From the IMG/VR virus record IMGVR_UViG_3300033067_000435, positions 1 through 30,560 of that record: a DNA stretch of 30,560 nucleotides; one strand, written 5' to 3'. Of the stretch, positions 22,938-30,560 are shown in pieces. Each line of letters opens with the position of its first letter. Positions within the stretch are counted from its first letter, which is position 1. This DNA comes from a virus. Lineage: Duplodnaviria; Caudoviricetes. Under the pieces are notes generated by a model. That model had not been told where the DNA came from. It did no database searches and saw nothing but the letters and a program-made list of their open reading frames with translations. The position numbers and the translations under genes were made by a program.

Positions 22938-24860
22938 ATGTCGGGAGATGTTTTTCAGCAAGCGTATGCAGTAGTCGAAAACGTCGAGCGCGTTGTTGGC
23001 GACCGCATATCAGAAGCAGTTAATGTCGCTGCAGCACTTCGTGCTGGGGCGCTTAGCTCTATTGAGGCGCTTGGCCATACTACCTTTGAAACAAATGCAG
23101 GCGGTGTTCCGGAAGCGCCGACGCTTTCTAACGTACTTACTGGCAAGATAGACATCGACCCAGTAACACCAGAAGACTTTGGCAGCATCTCATACAACAG
23201 TCGCGATATTCCGACGCTAGAAGCAGTACCGGTTATACCAAGCGTGATCATCCCGTCGTTCTCGCCAAGCATATCATCACTTAATATCCCAACGCCACCG
23301 GCGGCTTCCGCCCCTACGAACGCGCCAGAACGCGGTGACTTCGGTACGGTGACCGTTCCGTCGTCGCCGTCCTATGCACTTCCGTCCGTTCCGACACTGC
23401 AGGAACTTGAGATACCGGCGTTCGCTTTCCCGTCCATACCTGAGTTCTCGGCTACGTCGCCGGATTTCGTAGGGTCCGCTATCCCCTCGCTGTTCGAGTG
23501 GGCCGAGCCGACATATACAACTGAGATCATCGATGAAGCGATGGCTCAAGTTCGTCGCCTGTTCGCCGGTGGCAGCGGTATTCCGCCCGCCGTTGAGCAA
23601 GCGATGTACGACCGAGCTGCCTCACGTGAGGACATGGAGATTGCGCGCAACGTAAGCGAAGTATCCGAGGAGTTCTCCCTTCGTGGATTCACGATGCCGA
23701 GCGGCCCGATGGCCGCCCGCATCGACACGATTCGTCAAGACGGCATGCTCAAAAAGCTCGGCCTTAACCGCGAGCTGACGATCAAAATTGCTGAGTGGCA
23801 GGTCGAGAATGTTAGGTTCGGCATTCAGCAGGCTATTGCCGCAGAGAACGTGTTCGTCGGTCTGTTTACTAACATGGCTAGCCGGATGTTCGAAGCTGCC
23901 CGCTTCCATGTCACCGCTCAAATCGAAGTCTACAATGCTCAGGTTGGTCTATTCAACGCCAGACAGAACGCGTTCCGCGTAGCGGCCGAAGTCTTCAAGA
24001 TACAAGTAGACGCCGAGCTAGCTAAGATCGAAGTGTTCAAAGCCCAGATACAGGCGGAGGTAGCTAAGGGCGAGTTGAACGTGCAGCGTGTCAACGCGTA
24101 CAAAGCGCAAATCGATGGCGTTCTCGCCACCGTAGAGATTTTCAAGGCACAGATGCATGGTGCATCGGTGCAGTCAGATGTTATTCGCTCGAAGATCGAG
24201 GCTTACAAAGCCGACGTACAGGCGTATGCAGAACGTATCAACGCGGACAAAATCCGCTTTGATGCGTACGACTCGCAGGTTAAGGGCGAAGCTAGCAAGG
24301 CGGCCATAGTAGAGGCGCAGGCGCGCGCGTTCGCTGCTCTTGTGCAGGGCAAAGCCACCGAAGCGGACATCAATGTCAAGCGCGCAGAGCTGGTTATCCA
24401 AAAGAATCGTCTTGACATCGAGGCGTTCACCGCTTCCGTCGAAGCTGATAAGCTCAGTATGCAGACGCGGCTTAGCGTGATTCAGCAGAATGCCGCTGCG
24501 TACAACGCGAACACGCAGCGTTTTGTAGCGCAGGCCGGTGCGCAGACAGCTATGGCTAACGTTGTGGTTTCCGCCAACGAAGCGCAGCAACGTACATCCG
24601 TTGCCTTCTACCAAGCGAAGGTGGCGGCGTATACCTCCGAGATGGAGCAGATGATTCGTAAGCTTACGCTCGTTGTGGAGTCGTTGAAATCCGCAGGGCA
24701 GTTGTCGGCCACCCTAGCCGCTGGCGCTATGGCCGGCGTCAACGTCGGTGCATCGCTGTCGGGTGGTGGTAACGTCACCGCTGGCGGCACAATCTCCGAC
24801 ACTAACAGCACGTCACATTCGGAAACTCGCAACGAGAACTACAACTATGAAGGTACATAA
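22938..24860 (+). CDS. Internal virion / ejection-type protein (putative)
   Basis: 640 aa; Pro-rich N-terminal region then long Ala/Gln/Tyr heptad helices (Y.AQV repeats); lies after the tail genes. Confidence 0.6.
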   Translation: MSGDVFQQAYAVVENVERVVGDRISEAVNVAAALRAGALSSIEALGHTTFETNAGGVPEAPTLSNVLTGKIDIDPVTPEDFGSISYNSRDIPTLEAVPVIPSVIIPSFSPSISSLNIPTPPAASAPTNAPERGDFGTVTVPSSPSYALPSVPTLQELEIPAFAFPSIPEFSATSPDFVGSAIPSLFEWAEPTYTTEIIDEAMAQVRRLFAGGSGIPPAVEQAMYDRAASREDMEIARNVSEVSEEFSLRGFTMPSGPMAARIDTIRQDGMLKKLGLNRELTIKIAEWQVENVRFGIQQAIAAENVFVGLFTNMASRMFEAARFHVTAQIEVYNAQVGLFNARQNAFRVAAEVFKIQVDAELAKIEVFKAQIQAEVAKGELNVQRVNAYKAQIDGVLATVEIFKAQMHGASVQSDVIRSKIEAYKADVQAYAERINADKIRFDAYDSQVKGEASKAAIVEAQARAFAALVQGKATEADINVKRAELVIQKNRLDIEAFTASVEADKLSMQTRLSVIQQNAAAYNANTQRFVAQAGAQTAMANVVVSANEAQQRTSVAFYQAKVAAYTSEMEQMIRKLTLVVESLKSAGQLSATLAAGAMAGVNVGASLSGGGNVTAGGTISDTNSTSHSETRNENYNYEGT

Positions 24861-27514
24861 TGAGTAACATTTCAAAATCGTTTGAGAAAAAGTCAGCGCT
24901 GCGAGCTATCCGCATGGCGGATGGTGGGTTGGTTGGCAAAATAAAAAGCGTGTTCGATCCGGAGGACGATCGTTCAGCCAGCGATAAGGCCGCTGGCATT
25001 CCAAAGCCCGGTTCGCGCGAAGAAAACGAGCAGCTTAGTCTTCGGGTTGTGAAGAAACCAGGGGTTTTTCCAACCCTCGGGCGCTCAGAAATGCAACGTG
25101 ATATGCGTCGTGAGCATAACGAGCGAGAGTTACGCATGGCGGATGGCGGTCTAGTGGACAGGGCCGCCTCCGATCTGGCCAGCCGTAAGAGCAAGCTTGA
25201 CGAAGCCGAGAACGCAGCAGTAGGTGGCCAACCTACTGCGCCAGCTAAGCCGCAGCCAGCCCCGGCGCCCAAGCCGCAAACAGACGACGAGAAGCGCGCT
25301 GCTGTCGGCATGCCGCCGAAGAAGGGCCTTCTCCGCACGCTACTCGGTATGAAAGAGGGCGGGCACGTAGTAGGCCCTGGTGGTCCGCGCGAAGATAAAG
25401 TGCCAGCCATGCTCTCCGACGGTGAGTATGTGCTGCCTGCTAAGACGGTACAGAAGCTTGGCGGTCCGGAAGAGATCGACGAGCTCGTGCGCGCTACAAA
25501 CGACGGGCGTGAGCCAGAGGGCGCCGAAGAACGCGACGAAGGGCGCCACACTTTGCGCAAGCTAGCTGGCGGTGGGTTCGTAGGCCCGCTCGACCCTAGC
25601 GACCCACGTTATCGCGCTGCTCAAAATCGAGCCGCGTTCCCGACTGCTGGTACGCCGCCTACCCCGCCGACGCCTCCAGCTACTCCGCCGGTAACCCCAA
25701 CTGCCACAGCAGGGTCGCCTGGCCTAGCTAGTCGAGCGGCTCGTGGTATGGCCGGTCTTGCGGGCAGTGCGTTGCGCTTTGCTGGTCAGCGCGTGCTCCC
25801 AGCCGCCGTAGTGACTCAAGGGTTTGGCGACTACACTCCGAAAGATCAAAGCGTGCCGTATGACGCCATGTCACAGCTACGCATGGGGGTCGGCGCGAGC
25901 CAGCAGTTCCTAAGCGGCGACTACTCCGGTGCTGCCGATACGGCTGGCAAACTCGGTAAATCGTTGAGCAACTCGTTCATGTCCACGGCCGCCGACGTCG
26001 GCAGCGGAGTCGCTAAAGTGGCCGATGGCGTGGCTGGCGTGTTCGGCGCATCGCCAGGATACAAGAAAGAGTACGACGCAGCTATCGCCTCGTCCCCCGC
26101 TTTCTCTGGCGTCCAACCAGCTGCCGAGCTTAACTCAAAGGCGGGCGCCGGACGCGGGTTCGTTAACCCGCCTTCGCTCGGTGTTGGCGATGGGCCGGAA
26201 GGTCTGCGCAACGTAGCGCAGACGACCGCAGTACCCACCGACGCTCCACCGTCTCCGCGTAACGTCGCGCAGAGCCGCTTCCTGTCCGAACAGGGTGTAG
26301 ACGCCGCCACGCAGGCAAGCGCGCCGGTTCGACTAGATATAGCCGGAACCGGGCCAAACGGCGTAGTAACTAAGAACACAGGACTACGCAACGTTACCGA
26401 GCCCGGTAAGTTCGTTAACCTCGGATCGTTCCAAGGCCCTGACAACATCTACGGTACATCCACGAAACCGGGTGGGCGCGTTGACTCGTTTGTAGGCGCT
26501 GGCGACCCGAATCGCCAAGAGAGCCCGCAAACCATCGCTGCTGTCGAGAAGCTTCAGAACGACCTGGCAGTGGACCGTGCTAAGACCGCAGCTCGCGAGC
26601 AAGCCGAAGCGCTTGCCAGCGCGACGCAGGGCAACGCTGGATCGATCAACGCACGCTTCGACGAGATGGCACGTGGAGTCAAAGGCTCCTACAGCGCTAA
26701 GGGCAAAGGCAACGAAAGCAAGCGGCTGCTTGACATCGAGACGCAGCGCGCGAACGCGCTCGAAGCCGACGCCCGCAACACCGCTATGCTTCGTGGTCAA
26801 TCGCTGCAGGCTCAGACGCAATACAACGAAAACGCCACGAAGAACCGTGAGATTTCGGTCCGTGACGCCGAGCGTCGGGACGCACTGCGCGCTAAGCTGG
26901 CTGGTAAGCCGCTTGACGTAGCTAAGTCCACCGCAGAACAGGCAGCCAACGAAGAGAGGGGCGCCGAGGCCGTCAACAAAGCCGTTGCTGATTCTATCTC
27001 TCGACGTTTTCCAGGAGTGAAGGACGACCCAACACAAGCGCGGCAAGCCGAGGCGCTGGCCGCCTTCGTGCGCCAAGCCCCGCCGGACATCATCAACCGA
27101 ATTCGCGGCCAGAATCCGACCGAGCGGGAGGAAGGTATCCAACTCGCGTTTAACATGTTCGACCAAACGCAGAAAGCTAACACCTATCAGGCCGATACGT
27201 TCAGAGGAATTAGCTCCGATAAACCGGCTATGGCTAGGGGTGACGCTCGCCGAATTCAGCTTGGTGATTTCGCAGGTCCGGGTAGCTTGCCTATCACGGC
27301 CGCCCCACGCTATCTTGCTGGTATAGTCGGTGCAGACGCTGGTAAGGTACAAGAGCTCGATAACGGCGCGAAAGTACCACTGACTCTGCTGACCGACGAT
27401 GAGTTTGGTAAGAACGTTACTAAGGTATCGTCGCTCGCACAGCAACGAGAACTAACGCGTCGTAGAGAAGAACAAGCTAGAATAGAGCGTCTGAAGCAAG
27501 AAATTAAGAAATAA
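24860..27514 (+). CDS. Internal virion / ejection-type protein with repeated MADGG motifs
   Basis: 884 aa, Ala/Gly-rich; four [ML]xxGG.V motifs; GPGGPREDKVPAMLSDGEYV motif; Pro/Thr linker. Confidence 0.65.
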   Translation: MSNISKSFEKKSALRAIRMADGGLVGKIKSVFDPEDDRSASDKAAGIPKPGSREENEQLSLRVVKKPGVFPTLGRSEMQRDMRREHNERELRMADGGLVDRAASDLASRKSKLDEAENAAVGGQPTAPAKPQPAPAPKPQTDDEKRAAVGMPPKKGLLRTLLGMKEGGHVVGPGGPREDKVPAMLSDGEYVLPAKTVQKLGGPEEIDELVRATNDGREPEGAEERDEGRHTLRKLAGGGFVGPLDPSDPRYRAAQNRAAFPTAGTPPTPPTPPATPPVTPTATAGSPGLASRAARGMAGLAGSALRFAGQRVLPAAVVTQGFGDYTPKDQSVPYDAMSQLRMGVGASQQFLSGDYSGAADTAGKLGKSLSNSFMSTAADVGSGVAKVADGVAGVFGASPGYKKEYDAAIASSPAFSGVQPAAELNSKAGAGRGFVNPPSLGVGDGPEGLRNVAQTTAVPTDAPPSPRNVAQSRFLSEQGVDAATQASAPVRLDIAGTGPNGVVTKNTGLRNVTEPGKFVNLGSFQGPDNIYGTSTKPGGRVDSFVGAGDPNRQESPQTIAAVEKLQNDLAVDRAKTAAREQAEALASATQGNAGSINARFDEMARGVKGSYSAKGKGNESKRLLDIETQRANALEADARNTAMLRGQSLQAQTQYNENATKNREISVRDAERRDALRAKLAGKPLDVAKSTAEQAANEERGAEAVNKAVADSISRRFPGVKDDPTQARQAEALAAFVRQAPPDIINRIRGQNPTEREEGIQLAFNMFDQTQKANTYQADTFRGISSDKPAMARGDARRIQLGDFAGPGSLPITAAPRYLAGIVGADAGKVQELDNGAKVPLTLLTDDEFGKNVTKVSSLAQQRELTRRREEQARIERLKQEIKK

Positions 27515-27516
27515 CC

Positions 27517-30500
27517 ATGCCAGTACCGACGCTCCGCGATATCCTGCCCCCAAGCCCCGAAAAGCTACAGCAGGATATAATCGGCGACAACCAACTGTAT
27601 AGGGGCTTTACTACCGGTATCAAGGGTATTACCTCCGGCAGTCTGGCTAACGACGCCCTCAACGCCGAGCTTAGGGGAGCGCAGAACGCCGACGCCATGC
27701 GTCGCGAAGCGCTGGCCAGCCAACAAGAGGCGGCTGCCTACGCGCCACGCGTGGGCTCTCTTAGAGACATCGGCGGTGCTGGCGACGCGTTTGATTATGC
27801 GGCAGGTGCGCTAGGACAGGGCGTTGCGTCTATGGCGCCAAGCCTAGCTGCTGCAGCACTCGCACGCATCCCAGGTGCCGGAGCTGGTCTCAGCCGTCTG
27901 TCCTCGTACGCCGGAGCGGCAGGTGCTGGCTACCTACAAGAGAAAGGCGAAGCAGTACTGGGCCAATACAGCGATCCGGTTCTAGCCGCTACGTCGGCTC
28001 AGGATCGTAGTCGCGCAGCTACTACCAAGGCCGTCATCAACGCAGCGCTGGAAGGTATCGTCCCCGCCGGCTTGACACGCATGGCTGGGAAGAACGGCTT
28101 GGGCCGTATCCTCGCGAAAGATGCAGTCACCGAAAGCGCCACCGAGGCCGCACAGCAGTACGTGGGCCACCTCGCTAACAAGAGTCTTGACCCCAACCGC
28201 CAGCTAGACCCGTGGGACATAGCTGACGCGTTCGTGGGCGGCGCCCTCACAGGCGGTACTGTCGGCGCAGTGCACGGACTCGTGCACACACCTAAGGACT
28301 TCGTCGGCCGCACGACTGACAGCATAATCGAGGCCGGTAAGAACGCACCCACGCCACAAGACTTCTTAAAGGCAGTGTTCAAGGGTAATCCGACGGTTAA
28401 AAACGACCCTGTTGCGGCTGGTGACATGAACCCAGAGCTTGTTGACGCTATTGGTAAGGTAGACCCTACCTCGCCCGAGGCCGGCACGATTCTTGACGAC
28501 TTCACTGCCAAGCGCAACGAGCTGGCTAAGCAGTACGCCGAAGAACTGCTTAACGACGAGAATACGCCCGCAGCTGTGCGCCAGCAGGTCGTTGATATGC
28601 AGGGTAAGTACGACGATCCGAACAACCAGGTGTTCCTAGGTACTCAGTACGTAGGTCGTCGTGCAGGCGAAGCAGCCGGCGCAGCCTCTGACTTCATCAA
28701 AGGTCTGGCCAACCGTGTCGTGAAGAAAAACCTACAGTCAACACCGGTTACACCAGATGAGGAGTTCGCTCTCCACAAAGACATCATCGACAGCTTGACG
28801 CCAGACGCCAAGCGTCGCACCGACATAATCAAGGACATACCGCTGATTGCCAAGGGTGTCTCCGGCATCATCAATAAGATGGCGATCGCAAAGCCTACGG
28901 ATGAAAATATCCGCGAGCTTCAACAACTGTACTCTGCGGCGTCATCGCTGTTCGCCGACCCAGAGACTACGCTAACGAAGTTGGCGCAGAAGATCGAAGG
29001 TGACCGCGCAGCGAAAGGTAAGCGGACTCCGTTCAGTGACCTGCTAGCTGGCGTCACTACTGCGCAGCAGGATGTCAAGAAGAACGACGGCAACTCGTAC
29101 CTACGCGCTCGCCTGGTCGCACCCATGACTGACGAGCAGATTGGTATGCTGGCTCAGTTTGTAGACGAGTTCGGCATGACGGACATGAAGAACAGTAAGC
29201 AGGCTGACAAGGTTCTCGACGGGCTGGCCGTCGCGTTCGGTGGCCGTGCTGAGGCGCTGCAGGTACTTGACTACTACAGCCAAGCCAACCGCCTCAACGC
29301 GAAGCAGCTAACGCAGTACGAAGAGAACAACCAGTTCGAGGACGAAGAGGGCAACGTGCGTGGTATGGATAACGGCCTTACCGAGCAGGAGCTCGTGCCG
29401 ACCAAGACGTACTCGTTCGCCGACCAGAAGAGCAACCGCCCGTTCCTCAAGGGCGAAGGTGTGGCGAAGCTTGATGCTAAGTCGCTACGCGAAGGTAAGC
29501 TGGCTTCGGACAGCGCGAAAGTGTCAACGATCCCATACAGTCAGTATGTCGAGGAGACCGGCAAGGACGCGCGCGGAGAAGTTATGCGCATCATGAATGA
29601 CGTTAAGTCGCGTCATGAAAGTGCGCTGCTTGGCTATGCGGACGAACTTGGTGTGGAGGGTGACAAGGCCGCTAAGCTAGCGATGGCTTACCGTTTTGCT
29701 GCGGAGCAGCGACCTAGCCCGAAACCCAAGTCGACACGGCTGGCCAGCATCAACAAGCTCCAGAACGAGCTGGACGTAGCGCGCGAGGCGTTCAAGCAGG
29801 GCGGTGACAAGGCTGTCCTTGACCGCTACGAGGTTAACTCCGCCGAGCAGAACGAGAAGGACAATCTCACAGCTACGGACGAAGACCTCAAAGCAATGGC
29901 CACGAACGAGAACGACAAGAACATGGTGTCGTTCACGAAAGCGGACGGTAAGAAAATGACGCTGTCCTCGCAGTCCATGATGATGACCCAGGCAGCCAAG
30001 GAGAAGGGCACCGGCGCCGCACGTGGCGAGCCGCAGAACGTACGCGAGCAGCGGCTCATGAAGGAAGCTATCGCTTCGGTGCTGGCTCGCGAAGATATCA
30101 AGAGCATGGACGAGAAGACCACGCCGCCTAGCCTTAAGCAGTGGGGGCGTAGCGACGACACCAAGGCCGCGCTGGCCGAGCAGGAAGAGTCCGTGGCAGC
30201 GCTCAAGAAGCGGCTCGACGCGGCGGTGCGGGACTACGAGGATGGCGGGCACGAGGCGGAAGCTAGAGACGACGTTCGCGTAGACGCGGCTGTGGGCAAA
30301 CTTAATACGCAGCGCGAAGCGTTCCAGGGGCCGGGTATGGACGGTATGCAGGCGGCTATCGATAGAAAAGAAGCCCGCGTGCTACGTGAAGCTTCGCTTT
30401 CTTCTGGACGAGACATCATTCGAACAAGCATCGAGCGGAACATCTCGCGCCTACAATCTCAGTACGAAGCCGCCGAGGGCAAGGCCCCTCTGCGCGCAGT

Positions 30501-30560
30501 CATACGCCAGCGCCAAGCCGTGTACAAGGAGGCGCTGGCGGCCATTAACGACGTCGACTT
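27517..30560 (+). CDS. Very large internal virion / ejection protein, truncated by the window end (at least 1014 aa; absent from ORF track)
   Basis: ATG 2 nt after the previous stop; reads MPVPTLRDILPPSPEKLQQD...; no stop seen in frame on spot-checking to 30560; Gly/Ala hydrophobic N-terminal region (ESATEAAQQY) typical of podophage DNA-transfer proteins. Confidence 0.8.
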   Translation, partial: MPVPTLRDILPPSPEKLQQDIIGDNQLYRGFTTGIKGITSGSLANDALNAELRGAQNADAMRREALASQQEAAAYAPRVGSLRDIGGAGDAFDYAAGALGQGVASMAPSLAAAALARIPGAGAGLSRLSSYAGAAGAGYLQEKGEAVLGQYSDPVLAATSAQDRSRAATTKAVINAALEGIVPAGLTRMAGKNGLGRILAKDAVTESATEAAQQYVGHLANKSLDPNRQLDPWDIADAFVGGALTGGTVGAVHGLVHTPKDFVGRTTDSIIEAGKNAPTPQDFLKAVFKGNPTVKNDPVAAGDMNPELVDAIGKVDPTSPEAGTILDDFTAKRNELAKQYAEELLNDENTPAAVRQQVVDMQGKYDDPNNQVFLGTQYVGRRAGEAAGAASDFIKGLANRVVKKNLQSTPVTPDEEFALHKDIIDSLTPDAKRRTDIIKDIPLIAKGVSGIINKMAIAKPTDENIRELQQLYSAASSLFADPETTLTKLAQKIEGDRAAKGKRTPFSDLLAGVTTAQQDVKKNDGNSYLRARLVAPMTDEQIGMLAQFVDEFGMTDMKNSKQADKVLDGLAVAFGGRAEALQVLDYYSQANRLNAKQLTQYEENNQFEDEEGNVRGMDNGLTEQELVPTKTYSFADQKSNRPFLKGEGVAKLDAKSLREGKLASDSAKVSTIPYSQYVEETGKDARGEVMRIMNDVKSRHESALLGYADELGVEGDKAAKLAMAYRFAAEQRPSPKPKSTRLASINKLQNELDVAREAFKQGGDKAVLDRYEVNSAEQNEKDNLTATDEDLKAMATNENDKNMVSFTKADGKKMTLSSQSMMMTQAAKEKGTGAARGEPQNVREQRLMKEAIASVLAREDIKSMDEKTTPPSLKQWGRSDDTKAALAEQEESVAALKKRLDAAVRDYEDGGHEAEARDDVRVDAAVGKLNTQREAFQGPGMDGMQAAIDRKEARVLREASLSSGRDIIRTSIERNISRLQSQYEAAEGKAPLRAVIRQRQAVYKEALAAINDVD

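Noticed and set aside
26384-27445. 353-aa minus-strand ORF, and similar ones at 24802-25560, 27999-28625 and 29677-30252
   Set aside because: Fully antisense to long + strand genes; expected from codon bias in moderately GC-rich DNA.
315-27514. Stop-codon reassignment
   Set aside because: Genes are full length in the standard code; TAA, TAG and TGA all end genes at sensible boundaries.
1-30560. tRNA, rRNA, CRISPR array, integrase or transposase
   Set aside because: No cloverleaf with T-loop consensus, no regularly spaced repeats and no recombinase motifs were seen by eye.

Overview
The window is the packaging, head, lysis and tail arm of a tailed dsDNA phage. The host is probably Gram-negative, since two-component spanins are present. 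All credible genes are on the + strand and many are coupled by TAATG overlaps. Order: structured, A-tract-rich left end; terS; small ORF; terL; P22-like portal; scaffold; two small ORFs; N4-gp56-type major capsid; cement protein; head completion genes; five-gene lysis cassette; two promoter-headed tail/fibre blocks; three large putative ejection proteins, the last running off the right edge and missing from the ORF track. No tail tube, sheath or tape measure gene was recognised, so a podovirus morphology is inferred. Highlights: (1) a 186-aa class 3 (W-C-T) mini-intein starting with Leu that splits the terminase Walker A motif; (2) two, possibly three, tandem H-type pseudoknots in the capsid 5' leader, behind a promoter overlapped by a palindrome; (3) an extra lipoprotein with a Cys-bracketed glycine-repeat tail inside the lysis cassette, beside an endolysin with a C-terminal membrane segment; (4) an apparently split tail nozzle and two parallel modules of small beta protein plus repeat rod; (5) several densely structured intergenic segments. 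All family assignments come from motif recognition by eye, not database searches.
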